64,000 nt of DNA from Oligoflexia bacterium (GCA_014378465.1 JACMNQ010000075.1:64352-128351); one strand, 5' to 3'; positions 18,404 to 29,219 are shown, counted from the first letter of the stretch. Translations and numbers: made by a program. The notes: generated by a model not told the origin, from the letters alone.

Positions 18404-19352
18404 TCCGGGTAAAAAAACTCTCACAGCTTTCATTTTCGGCCTGGCGATTCTGGCGGTGAGCTTTTACCTCGCCCTCAGGTTGGGCTCCACTCAGGAACTC
18501 GACTGGGAGCTGGTCAAACAACTTCGTCTCCCGCGGGCCCTGATGGCGGTCGCAGTGGGTGCCGGACTGGCGGTTTCCGGAGCCACTTTGCAGGCTCTTT
18601 TCTCCAATCCTCTTTGCGAGCCCTACACGCTGGGCATCTCTTCCGGCTCTGCTCTGGGAGCTGTGATCGGACTCTCGATGGGAGTGACGGCAGGCTACGC
18701 CGGACTGTCCATCCCGGCCTTTCTCGGTGCAGGTGCCTTCGCTTTCATCCTCTATCTGGTTTCACTCCGTGCCCAGGCCAGTGGCGCCATCCTCCTTCTG
18801 TCGGGAGTGATGCTCGGATTTCTCGGCTCCAGCCTCGTCTCGCTCTGGATGGCCCTCGTGGATCCAAACGGAATTCAGGCCGCGATCTTCTGGCTTCTGG
18901 GAGATCTCTCGAGGGCGCGAATTCAGGGTGCGGTCCTGTCGCTGAGTCTCGTGACCCTTGTTTCACTTTGGATCGCCGCACATTCTCGCAAGCTCGACGC
19001 ACTTCTCATGGGCGAAGAAGCTGCAACCGCTCTGGGTATTTCAGTGCAAGGCACCCGTCGCCAGATGATTCTCGCGACTTCGCTTCTGATCGGGCTGTGC
19101 GTGAGCGGAGCGGGCATGATCGGTTTCGTCGGCCTCATCATTCCGCATTTCGTACGCAGGCACTGCGGGGCTTTGCATGGGAAACTGATACCACTCTGCG
19201 CGATCTGGGGAGCCAATGCGCTCCTGGTTGCCGACACACTCGCCAGGTGCATGGCCAGACCTTACGAACTGCCTGTCGGTGTGGTGACTGCCCTCGTGGG
19301 AGCCCCGCTTTTTCTCATGATCCTCTTTCAGGGAAGAGAGCGTGCCGCATGA
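18396..19352 (+). CDS. ABC transporter permease, FecCD/BtuC family
   Basis: 9-10 TM helices and a Gly-rich FecCD pattern. Overlaps the neighbours by 8 and 4 nt. Confidence 0.75.
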   Translation: MNNPGKKTLTAFIFGLAILAVSFYLALRLGSTQELDWELVKQLRLPRALMAVAVGAGLAVSGATLQALFSNPLCEPYTLGISSGSALGAVIGLSMGVTAGYAGLSIPAFLGAGAFAFILYLVSLRAQASGAILLLSGVMLGFLGSSLVSLWMALVDPNGIQAAIFWLLGDLSRARIQGAVLSLSLVTLVSLWIAAHSRKLDALLMGEEAATALGISVQGTRRQMILATSLLIGLCVSGAGMIGFVGLIIPHFVRRHCGALHGKLIPLCAIWGANALLVADTLARCMARPYELPVGVVTALVGAPLFLMILFQGRERAA

Positions 19353-20128
19353 GTCTTGAAGGTAAAGAGATCAGTTGCGACTTCGGCACCAAAAATGTTT
19401 TGAAAAAGAACTCGTTGGAGCTTCGTCCGGGCGAAATTCTTGGACTCATCGGACCCAATGGCTGTGGCAAGTCGACACTCATGAAGACTCTCGCCGGAAT
19501 CATCCCTCTCCAGAAAGGGCAGGCTGGCCAGGTCCTCGTCGATGGAAGGATCCTGAGCGAACTCACGCCGGCGGAGCGAGCCCGGAAAATCGCCTATGTG
19601 AGCTGTGAACTTCGTTCTGATTTTCCGGTCACCGCTTTTGAGGCCGTGCAGATGGGTCGGACGAGTCATGACGGAGGTTTCGGATCCCGATCGGAAGCCC
19701 TGATCGAAGCCGCGATGAAACGCGCGGGCTGCCTGGCCCTGCAAGGTCAGAACATTCAGACCCTGAGCAATGGGGAGCGCCAGCTCATCGCGTTTGCCCG
19801 TGCGCTCGCTCAGGGCTCAAGGTACCTGCTCCTGGATGAATCTCTTTCACAGATGGATCTTCACCATCAGGACCGGATCGGTAGTCTCCTGGGTGAGCTG
19901 AGCCAGGAAGGTTACGCGGTCATGCTGGTCTCGCATGACCTCAATCTCACGACCGAATGGGCCAGTCGCTGCATTCTGATGAAATCAGGGGCACAGCTCG
20001 ATGAGGGAACTCCCGAGAAAGTTCTCACTGCGGAAAATCTCAAAGCGCTTTATCCTGAAACGAATCTGGTGCTCGGGACCAATCCTTCGAGCGGTGCGCC
20101 GAAAGTCTTCTTCAGAAAAACGCGGTGA
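19349..20128 (+). CDS. ABC transporter ATP-binding protein (FecE/BtuD-like)
   Basis: Walker A 'GPNGCGKST', signature 'LSNGERQ', Walker B 'LLLDE'. ATGA overlap with the permease stop. The ORF-track N-terminal extension from 18614 is out-of-frame read-through of the permease. Confidence 0.8.
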   Translation: MSLEGKEISCDFGTKNVLKKNSLELRPGEILGLIGPNGCGKSTLMKTLAGIIPLQKGQAGQVLVDGRILSELTPAERARKIAYVSCELRSDFPVTAFEAVQMGRTSHDGGFGSRSEALIEAAMKRAGCLALQGQNIQTLSNGERQLIAFARALAQGSRYLLLDESLSQMDLHHQDRIGSLLGELSQEGYAVMLVSHDLNLTTEWASRCILMKSGAQLDEGTPEKVLTAENLKALYPETNLVLGTNPSSGAPKVFFRKTR

Positions 20129-20978
20129 AACTGAAGACGTGCGCCGTCGTGGCCACGGGCTCGATCACGCGCTGAACGCCGTAATCCAGCGAGAGGCGCG
20201 GTCCAACCCAGCCGAAGCCCAGTCCATATCCACGACCGCGGGCGGCCAGATGCGGAATATTCGCATTGCGGAAATTTCCAATTCGAAGAAAGAAGTCATT
20301 CATCACGACGAGTTCGGCGCCGATTTCGTGTCCGAATTTTCCGGTTGTGGCGGTTGGTGCGTAGTGAGGATCGACATAGAAGAGGAGGATGCTTTTGAGA
20401 TTGTACTTGGTGCCGACGACGATTTCACGGGTCAGGTGACGCTCCCGAGACGCTTTCGTCTCCAGAATGTTGTCAAAAGTGATCGAAGTCTGCATCGTTT
20501 CGGAAAGAATCCCGGTGACTGAAGCATCCAGATCCTGGCCGTTGGCGATTGCCGGATTGTTGTAGAAAATCTTGCCGCCGATGGAGACTCCGATTCTCTT
20601 GATCAGGGTTTTGGAAGCGCCCACGTGGATGAATGTCCCGTCTTCGCGCTGAGTGTAGGCTGCACCTGCCTGAAACAGGTCGGACCTGCCATCGAGGATG
20701 GATACGGTATAATTTCGGCCATGAGGATCCTGACCCTGGACGGCTGGACCGGAATAATTCAGGTAATTCAGACCCAAGCTGTAGGTGGGGAGAAAAGACC
20801 CAAAAGAAGGATTCAAAAAAATCGCGTCATTGAGCAGGGGACCTGCATGGCCCGCTCCGCCAAGAGCTGCAGTTCGAGCGGAATGAACGTCAGAAGAAAA
20901 TGCGGAAGCCGTGAACGCTGATGAAACCAGAAAGGCTCCAAGAACCGCGAGCACCGGAGTGAAATTGAAAAGCCTCAT
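20112..20978 (-). CDS. Outer-membrane beta-barrel protein (porin or OmpA-like barrel)
   Basis: Signal peptide. Alternating amphipathic beta-strand pattern. C-terminal '...FSFTAFF' ending in Phe. Convergent overlap with the ABC ATPase gene. Confidence 0.55.
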   Translation of the reverse strand: MRLFNFTPVLAVLGAFLVSSAFTASAFSSDVHSARTAALGGAGHAGPLLNDAIFLNPSFGSFLPTYSLGLNYLNYSGPAVQGQDPHGRNYTVSILDGRSDLFQAGAAYTQREDGTFIHVGASKTLIKRIGVSIGGKIFYNNPAIANGQDLDASVTGILSETMQTSITFDNILETKASRERHLTREIVVGTKYNLKSILLFYVDPHYAPTATTGKFGHEIGAELVVMNDFFLRIGNFRNANIPHLAARGRGYGLGFGWVGPRLSLDYGVQRVIEPVATTAHVFSFTAFF

Positions 20979-21103
20979 GATGACGCGTCCTCTTTGGGTG
21001 TGAGCTTACGCTAAAATCCTCAAATTGGACAATCCTTTGCAAGCCCTGCCGGCTCGAGATAAGTTGTAATCAAGTGGAAACAGTCGATCCTTTTGGAGCA
21101 TGA

Positions 21104-21991
21104 ATGATGAAATCTTCTGGCGATAAAATGCGCGTTCGTAAAGCGGTGATTCCTGCGGCAGGCCTGGGTACACGGTTTCTTCCCGCCACCAAGGCGATCC
21201 CCAAGGAGATGATTCCGATCGTGGACATCCCGATGATCCAGCACATCGTCGAAGAAGCGGTGCGCTCCGGCATTCGGGATATCGTTCTCGTGACGGCGCG
21301 CCATAAAGAGGCGATTGAAAACCATTTTGATTACAATTACGAGATTGAGGACACGCTGGAGAAGAAGGGCAAGCAGGAGCTCGCCGACCTGTCCAAAGCG
21401 GTGGGAAAACTCTGCAACCTGATTTCCATTCGCCAGAAGAACCCCATGGGTCTCGGGCATGCCGTCCTTTGCGCTCAGCCGATCATCGGCAATGAACCTT
21501 TTGCCGTGCTCCTGGGGGATGACCTGATTGATTCAGAAATTCCCTGCACCCAGCAGCTCATTGACCTCTACCATGAACATCAGGCCTCGGTGGTCGGAGT
21601 GATGGAAGTCCCCATGGAAGAAGTTTCCAAGTACGGGATCGTCGGTGGCAAGATGCTCAGCGAGCGTTTGATGCACGTGAGTCATCTGGTCGAAAAGCCG
21701 GCTGTGGGTCAGTCCCCCTCCCAGTTCGCGATTCCCGGCCGCTACGTTCTGAGCCCCACGATTTTTGACTGCCTGAAAAACACGAAATCGGGCAAAGGCG
21801 GCGAAATTCAGCTCACAGATGGTTTGCAACTTCTTGCGGAGCGAGAGAGACTGTTGGCGTATCAGTTCATGGGCACCCGGTACGATACCGGGGACCGGTT
21901 GGGTTTCATTGACGCGACTCTGGCCTTTGCCTTGAAGCGTCCTGAACTCGCACCGGGAGTGCGTGAGCTGATGAAAAAACATCTTAAATGA
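21104..21991 (+). CDS. galU: UTP--glucose-1-phosphate uridylyltransferase
   Basis: 'VRKAVIPAAGLGTRFLPATKAIPKEMIPIVDIPMIQH' is near-identical in pattern to E. coli GalU. GGAGCA RBS before the ATG at 21104. Confidence 0.85.
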   Translation: MMKSSGDKMRVRKAVIPAAGLGTRFLPATKAIPKEMIPIVDIPMIQHIVEEAVRSGIRDIVLVTARHKEAIENHFDYNYEIEDTLEKKGKQELADLSKAVGKLCNLISIRQKNPMGLGHAVLCAQPIIGNEPFAVLLGDDLIDSEIPCTQQLIDLYHEHQASVVGVMEVPMEEVSKYGIVGGKMLSERLMHVSHLVEKPAVGQSPSQFAIPGRYVLSPTIFDCLKNTKSGKGGEIQLTDGLQLLAERERLLAYQFMGTRYDTGDRLGFIDATLAFALKRPELAPGVRELMKKHLK

Positions 21992-22062
21992 GTTTGGCGC
22001 TCTTTCATGAGGCACCGGACTCAGGTGGATCGCTGACCGGATCACCCACTGGATTGGATGAC

Positions 22063-22869
22063 ATGAAAGTATTCCCGCTCGTTTTCACAATCACTCTGGG
22101 ACTGGCCTGCATCGCGAGCTTCGCGTGCGACGTCGCGCAGGCCTATGTGCCACCTTCACAATTCATCGTGAGGTCAATGGTCAAGAAACACCTGGGAGCA
22201 AAGGCGATTCGTCTGAAGAGCAATTTCGTACTGGCTGACTCCCAGAAAGTCTTCAAGGAAACAGCCTGGGTGGACTATGCGAACGAGTCCATCAAGAGCC
22301 GCATGTTTGATGATACCGGCAAAGAAGTCTTCGCTTATGAAAGAAAGCTGGACCTGCATGCTCCGATGCCGGACCTGATTCTGCTTGAGACTCGCTCGGA
22401 AATGCTCGCTAGAGCGCTCCGGACCAAGGATGTCCCGGTACGCTCCGAGCCCGAGCTTCTCGCACTCAAAACTGAAGAAGAGCGTCGCGCCGTCGAAATC
22501 ACCGCTTTGACTCGCTGGAAGGGAACCCTCGCCTGGGCCATCGGAAAGATCCGAGGTTCAGACAAGACCAATCAGCTCTGGATCGAAAAAGATACCTTTG
22601 AGCCTCTTCGTTACATTCAGAACGCGGATCACCCGACTGAAGTTCGTTTTGAGAACTTCAAAGTGACTCGCGAGATTCCGTATCCAAAACTCATCACCTA
22701 TCTCGAAGAGGACAAGCCGGTGTTCAAGCTTGAGTCCGTCGAAGTTCAGATGAATCCGGACTCCCTTGAGCTCAAGGCTCCAATCAAAGTCGGCTTCACG
22801 GACGTTGGAAACTCTCTCGATTCAAACTCGCAAGCCGCGATCAAAAAATTCTACCAAGAAGTTCGGTAA
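22063..22869 (+). CDS. Hypothetical secreted protein
   Basis: '[21 protein letters not shown]' signal peptide. The ORF-track start at 21988 is an upstream extension. Confidence 0.4.
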   Translation: MKVFPLVFTITLGLACIASFACDVAQAYVPPSQFIVRSMVKKHLGAKAIRLKSNFVLADSQKVFKETAWVDYANESIKSRMFDDTGKEVFAYERKLDLHAPMPDLILLETRSEMLARALRTKDVPVRSEPELLALKTEEERRAVEITALTRWKGTLAWAIGKIRGSDKTNQLWIEKDTFEPLRYIQNADHPTEVRFENFKVTREIPYPKLITYLEEDKPVFKLESVEVQMNPDSLELKAPIKVGFTDVGNSLDSNSQAAIKKFYQEVR

Positions 22870-22874
22870 ATGAA

Positions 22875-24896
22875 GTGATCCTTTCAGTCGCCATCCCACG
22901 CCCTCTCGAGGGCCTTTTCACTTACAAAATCCCGCCGGAAATGGTGGACAAGGTTCACGTCGGTGGCTGGGTCAAGGTTCCTTTCGGTCGCTCCGCCACT
23001 CATGCGTTCATCGTTGAGGCGCCCAAGGAAGACTCCGAGCTTCCTGAGCACATCAAGGCCGAAAAGCTCAAAGCCATCCTTGAAGTCGGCGAAGAAGGCG
23101 CAATCTTCACGCACGACGTACTTGAACTCTGTCGCTGGGCTCATAAATATTATTGTTCGCCTCTTGGAGAAGTCCTGCACTGTGCGGCTCCACCCGCGGC
23201 ACTGGGTCTGCGGAGCACTCGAAAAAAAGCCCGTGCTCTGAAGGGCGGCGCTCATGTCGCTGCAATCCCGGGACACACTCTCACCGAGCCTCAGCTTGAA
23301 GCTCTCGCCATTCTCGAAAAAAGCAGAACAGCCGCGCCTGACTCGGGTGTTCCCAGAGTCGCACTCCTTCACGGCGTGACGGGAAGCGGGAAGACGGAGA
23401 TCTACATCGAGCTCGCCAAGCGCGCTCTGGCCGACGGCAAAGGCGTGATCCTGCTCGTTCCGGAAATCGCGCTGACTTCGCAGCTTCACCGCAGATTCGA
23501 AGAAGGCCTGGGAGTTTCAGTCGCTCTCTGGCACTCAGCGCTTTCAAATGCCAAACGTCGCGATGAGATGGCCGCACTTCAGACCGGTGAACTGAGAGTG
23601 ATCGTCGGGGCGCGCTCCGCGGTCTTCGCTCCGGTCAAGGATCTCGGCCTCATGATCATTGATGAAGAGCATGACCCGACTTACAAGCAGGAAGATCGTG
23701 TGAAGTACCACGCGAGGGACCTTGCCGTCGTGAGATCCAAGCTCACCGGCGCCTGCGTGATTCTCGGATCAGCGACTCCCAGTCTTGAAACTCGCGAACG
23801 CGCTCGTGAAGGCAAGTACGCTCTCGCCCGCCTCACGCAGAGAATCGCAGTGGGTGGTCTCCCGACCGTGGACATCGTGGATCTCGGTGAAGAGGAAAGA
23901 GTCGAAGGACTTCAGGCCCCGCTGGCAAAGAGAACTCTTGATGCGATTCGCGAAACCGTGGCTGCCGGCAATCAGGCGATGATTTTTCTCAACCGCAGAG
24001 GGTATGCCGCCTTTCTCGTCTGCGAAGACTGCGGGGACGTCAAAGAGTGTCCGAATTGTTCCATCTCCCTGACTGTTCATAAAAAGCGCGTTCAACTCAA
24101 GTGCCACGTTTGCGGACATTTTGAACCCATTCCAGACTTCTGCGAGAAGTGTCAGGGACTGAAGCTCAAACCCATGGGGGCGGGGACCGAAAGTCTTGAA
24201 GACGAACTCCCGAAACTGCTGGAGGGCGTGACGACTCTTCGCCTGGACCGGGATATGGTCACCAGTTCCACGCGGCTCAATCAGATTCTGGATGATTTTC
24301 GGAATAAAAAAGCGCAGTTATTGCTCGGAACACAGATGCTGGTCAAGGGTCATGATTTTCCGGGAGTGACTCTGGTCGTGGTGATTCTTGCGGACGGCCT
24401 CTTCAGGTGGCCGGATTTCCGCGCTCCCGAGCGCGCTTTTCAGGTTTTGACCCAGGTTGCTGGCCGCGCGGGTCGAGGGGAACATCCTGGCAAAGTCATG
24501 ATTCAGACTTACAATATTGATCACCCCGTCATTCACGCAGTGCAGGGAATCATCACTGAAGACGCCTTTCTGGAAACCGAACGTGAACTCCGTGAAGTGC
24601 TCCATTACCCTCCATTTGGACGCCTTGCGCGACTTCGCTTTGAGAGTACCGATCAGCAGGAAGCGAAGACTCGGGCCACTACCGTGGCACAGGCCCTTCA
24701 GCAGAATGAAGGCGTGGATGTGCTGGGACCGAGCGAAGCTTTTCTTGAACGAGCCAAGGGGATTTATCGCTGGGATATCCTGTTGAAAAGTCAGACCATA
24801 CAGCCGCTTCAGAAGGCCATCCACCGGGTGAAGGAAATTTCTCACTCAAAAAAATGGCCATTCCTTGTCGATGTGGATCCTTACGGGATAGGATAG
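22875..24896 (+). CDS. priA: Primosomal protein N' (PriA helicase)
   Basis: Walker A 'GVTGSGKTE', 'DEEH' box, and a Cys-rich zinc-binding insert '[33 protein letters not shown]...CEKCQ'. GTG start. Confidence 0.85.
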   Translation: MILSVAIPRPLEGLFTYKIPPEMVDKVHVGGWVKVPFGRSATHAFIVEAPKEDSELPEHIKAEKLKAILEVGEEGAIFTHDVLELCRWAHKYYCSPLGEVLHCAAPPAALGLRSTRKKARALKGGAHVAAIPGHTLTEPQLEALAILEKSRTAAPDSGVPRVALLHGVTGSGKTEIYIELAKRALADGKGVILLVPEIALTSQLHRRFEEGLGVSVALWHSALSNAKRRDEMAALQTGELRVIVGARSAVFAPVKDLGLMIIDEEHDPTYKQEDRVKYHARDLAVVRSKLTGACVILGSATPSLETRERAREGKYALARLTQRIAVGGLPTVDIVDLGEEERVEGLQAPLAKRTLDAIRETVAAGNQAMIFLNRRGYAAFLVCEDCGDVKECPNCSISLTVHKKRVQLKCHVCGHFEPIPDFCEKCQGLKLKPMGAGTESLEDELPKLLEGVTTLRLDRDMVTSSTRLNQILDDFRNKKAQLLLGTQMLVKGHDFPGVTLVVVILADGLFRWPDFRAPERAFQVLTQVAGRAGRGEHPGKVMIQTYNIDHPVIHAVQGIITEDAFLETERELREVLHYPPFGRLARLRFESTDQQEAKTRATTVAQALQQNEGVDVLGPSEAFLERAKGIYRWDILLKSQTIQPLQKAIHRVKEISHSKKWPFLVDVDPYGIG

Positions 24897-24902
24897 CTTC
24901 AG

Positions 24903-25640
24903 ATGTCTGACGAAAAAAAGACGCAACGGGAAATTCAGCGCAAGCTGGTTCGGAACAAGATCGAACAGCAGGTTCAGCAGGTCGAAGACGAGCGGAAGCG
25001 TGAGCTTCTGAAGCGTCGACTTGAGTTGGCTCGCAACGGAGCCACGCACTACGCTGCCGGACAGTATTCTGAAGCGGCGAAACTTTTCATGACCTATATC
25101 CGGGTGCTCGAAGACTGGAAGGGGGCTTCCAGGGGTGGACTGAGCCCTGCCAATTTTGATCTCAAGACTGAACTCTCTGAGCTTGTGCTTTTGAGCGGGA
25201 TCTACTGGGATCTGGTGAAGCTTTTTGATCGGACACAATCTGCGAACAAGCAGGACGACTTCAAGCACTACCTCGACAAGTACGTTCTCTTCTCCAAAGG
25301 TTTCACGTTTCAGCCCTTGGCTTCAGAAGCGATTCGAAAGTACATGCGGAACGGCAAGCCCGTGCACAAGGCTGAGTTCAAAGCCGCGTATGTGACTCTA
25401 TCCGGTGAAAAATGCTTCATTGCGACTTCGCTGATGGATGTTTGTGATGAGCGGACTCTGCCGAGGCTGCGGACTTTCAGGGACGAACATTTATCAAAAT
25501 CTCTGGGCGGACGTGCATTGATCGTGGTCTATTACAAAGTCGGTCCGAAGCTGGTCGGGCCGGTGAACTCAATCCCCTGGGTTCGGGAAAAAATCGCACG
25601 CGTCCTGGACAGAATCGCAGAACGAGTTTCAGGAAGCTGA
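24903..25640 (+). CDS. Hypothetical protein: N-terminal coiled coil plus a conserved-looking C-terminal 'CFIATS...RTFRDE...VVYYKVGP' domain
   Basis: K/E/R-rich heptad N-terminus. The C-terminal segment resembles a widespread uncharacterised 'CFIATAAYG...FRD...YY' domain. This is my recollection and is unverified. Confidence 0.4.
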   Translation: MSDEKKTQREIQRKLVRNKIEQQVQQVEDERKRELLKRRLELARNGATHYAAGQYSEAAKLFMTYIRVLEDWKGASRGGLSPANFDLKTELSELVLLSGIYWDLVKLFDRTQSANKQDDFKHYLDKYVLFSKGFTFQPLASEAIRKYMRNGKPVHKAEFKAAYVTLSGEKCFIATSLMDVCDERTLPRLRTFRDEHLSKSLGGRALIVVYYKVGPKLVGPVNSIPWVREKIARVLDRIAERVSGS

Positions 25641-25669
25641 ACGCAAACGGAGTCTCTCGCGAGTGAAAC

Positions 25670-26455
25670 CTATTTCAGAATCGTTCCGATGCGGCTGGGT
25701 CTGAACGTCAACTGACTGTCCGAGAAATTGATCCAGAGAGAGAGCCAGATGATCTCGGCTCTGCCTTTGACGTTTCTCATCGGGACAAATCCCCAGAAGC
25801 GGCTGTCGTTGGAGAAGTCACGGTTGTCGCCCATGACGAAAAGACTCTCAGGCGGCACGGTGATCGGACCGAAGGTCTCACCGAGGAAGTTGTTCTTGTC
25901 GAGCATGATCACGTGGTCTTTATTGTTCTCGCCCATCTTCTCACGGAAGAGTTCAAGGTTGGTCTGACTGTACTTGGGATCATCGAGATTCTGAAAGATC
26001 TGATCGGACTGAGCAGGCGGCAGATTTTCCTTCGGAACCATCTGATTGTTCACGTAGAGAACCTTGCTTCGGATCTCGACGGTGTCACCCGGAGTTCCAA
26101 TGACGCGTTTGATATAGTAAAAGCTCTCGTCCTTCGGATACATGAAGACGATGATGTCACCGCGCTTCGGCGGGTCACGCTTCACGACGTAGACTGGGTG
26201 GTCAGTGACCAGATCCGAGAAAGGAATCTTGAAGCCGTAGGCGAACTTGTTCACGAAGATGTGATCGCCGATGAAGAGAGTGGGGATCATGGAGCCCGAC
26301 GGAATCTTGAAGGCTTCGACGACACTGGAGCGGATCATGAACACGAGCAGAAGGGCCAGTCCCAGGGAGGTCACATTTTCAATGAACCATTTTTTCCGCG
26401 ATTGGGTATCAGCGCCTGGAGTCGAACCTTCTTTGTGATCTGTCATGATTGACAT
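25670..26455 (-). CDS. lepB: Signal peptidase I
   Basis: 'AFKIPSGSMIPTLFIGDHIFVNKFAYG' (Ser catalytic box) and 'GDNRDFSNDSRFWGFVP' (S26 box E). Start taken at 'MSIMTDHK' (26455). The ORF-track start at 26638 gives an N-terminal extension. Confidence 0.8.
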   Translation of the reverse strand: MSIMTDHKEGSTPGADTQSRKKWFIENVTSLGLALLLVFMIRSSVVEAFKIPSGSMIPTLFIGDHIFVNKFAYGFKIPFSDLVTDHPVYVVKRDPPKRGDIIVFMYPKDESFYYIKRVIGTPGDTVEIRSKVLYVNNQMVPKENLPPAQSDQIFQNLDDPKYSQTNLELFREKMGENNKDHVIMLDKNNFLGETFGPITVPPESLFVMGDNRDFSNDSRFWGFVPMRNVKGRAEIIWLSLWINFSDSQLTFRPSRIGTILK

Positions 26456-26503
26456 ACGATACCTTCTAATATCTGTAAGTTGTAGCTTAAAAAGAAACCC
26501 GGC

Positions 26504-27580
26504 ATGAGAACATTGGACCGCTATATCGCTGCGAGCTTTTTGAAGAACTTCGCGTTGGCGGTTCTTTCGCTGACCTGTCTTTATCTTTTTCAGGCACTTC
26601 TGGGTGATCTGCTCGACAACTCCTTTCCTCCCACCCAACTGCTCTACTATAATCTGCTGAATGTTCCTTCCATCCTGGTCCAGATGGCTCCGCCCTCCGT
26701 GTTGATCGGGACGGTTTTGACGCTCTCCGGACTCAATCGCAACAACGAACTGACTGCGTGCTTTTCAATCGGGGTGGGTCTTTCCCGCATCCTCGTGGTG
26801 GTGGTTTCACTCGTCTTTTTGATTTGCTGCACTATGTTGATTCTCCAGGACCGCATCCTGCCGCCCCTCTACAAGACCAGGACCACTTACTACTGGCGCA
26901 CCATGAAGAAGCGCACGGACTTCTTTCTCGACGTCAAGCAGAACAAGATCTGGTACCGCTCAAAAAATCTGATCTACAATCTGCGAGCTTTCGATTCAAA
27001 GACCAAGAGCATTCTCGGCATGACGGTCTATACGTTTGACGGTGACTTCAATCTTCTGCAGACGGTCGATGCCGAGCGAGCCACCTTCACTCCCAACGGG
27101 TGGACGCTCCTCAACGGCACCGTGACCGTATTTTCGAAGGAAGATCAGTTTCCGCAGACCCAGAAGTTCCAGGAAAAGGGACTTCTGATCGCTGAAACCC
27201 CGAAGGACTTTCAGGAAATCGAAAAAGAAGTCGACGGTCTCCGGATCAAGGATCTCTACAGATACATCAAGCGGACCCAGGAAGCGGGAACCGATACCAA
27301 GAGCTTCGAAGTCAAACTCTGGTCCAGACTCTCCCAGAGCTTCATTCCACTGGTCATGTGTTTTCTGGGCGTTCCTTTTTCGACCCGGAGCAGACGAGAA
27401 GGAGGGGCGGCAAAAGACCTGGGAATGTGCCTTGGATTCACCTTTTTCTATTGGCTTTTCTACTCCATCGGACTATCTCTGGGAACTAATGGCGCAGTGC
27501 CTCCGGTCGTGGCTGCCTGGTTACCCAGCATGGTCTTCGCAGTGATTGCAGCAGGGCTGATCGCTCGTCAGCAGAAGTAA
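26504..27580 (+). CDS. LptF/LptG-family (YjgP/YjgQ) LPS export permease
   Basis: 'MRTLDRYIAASFLKNFALAVL' N-terminus. Six TM helices with a large periplasmic loop between TM3 and TM4. Confidence 0.7.
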   Translation: MRTLDRYIAASFLKNFALAVLSLTCLYLFQALLGDLLDNSFPPTQLLYYNLLNVPSILVQMAPPSVLIGTVLTLSGLNRNNELTACFSIGVGLSRILVVVVSLVFLICCTMLILQDRILPPLYKTRTTYYWRTMKKRTDFFLDVKQNKIWYRSKNLIYNLRAFDSKTKSILGMTVYTFDGDFNLLQTVDAERATFTPNGWTLLNGTVTVFSKEDQFPQTQKFQEKGLLIAETPKDFQEIEKEVDGLRIKDLYRYIKRTQEAGTDTKSFEVKLWSRLSQSFIPLVMCFLGVPFSTRSRREGGAAKDLGMCLGFTFFYWLFYSIGLSLGTNGAVPPVVAAWLPSMVFAVIAAGLIARQQK

Positions 27581-27610
27581 CACAGGGACTCCAGATCAAA
27601 GAAAACCCCC

Positions 27611-28249
27611 ATGGCCAAACTTAAAATTTACACCTACCCAGATCTGATCCTGACGCAAAAGGCTGCCCCCATTCAACGGGTGGAGAAGTCTTACTTCAAG
27701 TTGGCCGACGACATGCTCGAAACCATGTACCATGCTCCCGGCATCGGACTGGCCGCGAACCAGGTCGGCATTCTCGAGCGTATTCTGGTTCTGGATACCG
27801 AATATGATTATGAAGAGCTCGAGGATGGCCAGACGGCTCCCGCGGGTGCTGAAGTCGTCAACGGCGGCATCATCTCCAACCGCAAGCCGCAGATCGTGAT
27901 CAATCCGGAAATCATCTACAAAGAAGGCAGCATCCTGTTTTCCGAAGGCTGCCTTTCGGTTCCCGAATATTCAGCCGACGTCAAACGTTCTGAAAAAGTG
28001 AAGCTGCAGTACCAGACCATCGATGGCATCACGAAAGTACTGTCAGCGGACGGTCTTCTGGCGGTCGCCATCCAGCATGAAATGGATCACCTTGAAGGCC
28101 GGCTCTTCATCGATCGTCTCAGCCCGCTGAAGAAAGAACTTGTCCGAAAGAGACTGAAAGCCGAACGCGCCGAGCGCGAACTCGACGATCAGATGGGCTC
28201 CGCTTCGCTCGAATCGACCTTTTCACGTAAAAAATCCAAGAAGAAATGA
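27611..28249 (+). CDS. def: Peptide deformylase, with an approximately 30-aa insert and a basic C-terminal tail
   Basis: Motifs 'GIGLAANQVG', 'EGCLSVP' and 'HEMDHLEG'. Confidence 0.85.
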   Translation: MAKLKIYTYPDLILTQKAAPIQRVEKSYFKLADDMLETMYHAPGIGLAANQVGILERILVLDTEYDYEELEDGQTAPAGAEVVNGGIISNRKPQIVINPEIIYKEGSILFSEGCLSVPEYSADVKRSEKVKLQYQTIDGITKVLSADGLLAVAIQHEMDHLEGRLFIDRLSPLKKELVRKRLKAERAERELDDQMGSASLESTFSRKKSKKK

Positions 28250-28271
28250 AGAATCTGAAACTGAGGCTTCA

Positions 28272-29219
28272 ATGACACTCAAAGTGGTATTCATGGGAAC
28301 TCCTGGCTTCGCGGTGGGTGCGCTCGAAGCGGTTCACAAAGTCCATCAGGTCGTCGGCGTCTACACTCAGCCCGACAAGCCCGTGGGGCGCGGGCTTGAG
28401 GTCCAGTCTTCAGCAGTGAAGAACAAAGCGGTCGAACTCGGCCTCCCGATCTTCCAGCCCGAAAAGCTTTCACAGGAAGGCGAGTTTGAACGACTCCAGA
28501 CTCTCGCTCCCGACGTCATCGTGATCGTCGCCTACGGACAGATCCTCAAGCGCAACATACTCGATCTCCCGAGACTGGGCTGCATCAACATCCACTCCTC
28601 ACTCCTTCCTCGCTGGAGAGGTGCGGCTCCCATTCACTGGGCGCTGCTCGGTGGGGATGAAGTCACGGGTGTCAGCACGATGCACCTCGTGCCCAAACTC
28701 GATGCAGGCGATGTGCTTCTCCAGGCGAAGACGCCCGTGAAAGAAGACGACACACTCTCCACGCTCCATGATCGACTTGCCTCCATGGGGGCTGAGCTCA
28801 TCATTCCGACTCTCGAAGGGCTTCAGGCCGGCACGCTGATGGGCCAGGTTCAGGATGAATCGCTGGTCACTTATGCCCAGAAGTTGGCCAAGGAAATGGA
28901 AGCCCTCAAACCGAGCGAATCCGCCTTTCTGCTGGATCGAAAGGTCCGCGCGCTCAATCCCTGGCCGGGCACGAGCGTGATCCTCGCCACGGGCGAAAGA
29001 CTCAAGATCAAACGCGCTAAGCTGCGCCGCGATATTCAGGGAAATGCGGGCAAAATTTTCGAAAAAGCAGGAATGGCCCTTTTAGGCACTCCAGACGGCG
29101 CTTTGGAGCTTTTGAGTGTCCAGTGGGACGGCAAAAAGGAAGTCGACGCCGCCGGTTTTCTCAATGGTCTAAGAGGCCGTGGCCAGTCTCTTCCACTTGA
29201 GCTAAGCTCGAGCACATGA
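28272..29219 (+). CDS. fmt: Methionyl-tRNA formyltransferase
   Basis: 'VVFMGTPGFAV', 'NIHSSLLPRWRGAAPI'. def-fmt synteny. Confidence 0.85.
   Translation: MTLKVVFMGTPGFAVGALEAVHKVHQVVGVYTQPDKPVGRGLEVQSSAVKNKAVELGLPIFQPEKLSQEGEFERLQTLAPDVIVIVAYGQILKRNILDLPRLGCINIHSSLLPRWRGAAPIHWALLGGDEVTGVSTMHLVPKLDAGDVLLQAKTPVKEDDTLSTLHDRLASMGAELIIPTLEGLQAGTLMGQVQDESLVTYAQKLAKEMEALKPSESAFLLDRKVRALNPWPGTSVILATGERLKIKRAKLRRDIQGNAGKIFEKAGMALLGTPDGALELLSVQWDGKKEVDAAGFLNGLRGRGQSLPLELSSST

Noticed and set aside
18614-19348. 245-aa N-terminal extension of the ABC ATPase ORF
   Set aside because: Arg/Cys-rich nonsense translation that overlaps the FecCD permease in another frame. The real start is the ATG at 19349, with ATGA coupling to the permease stop.
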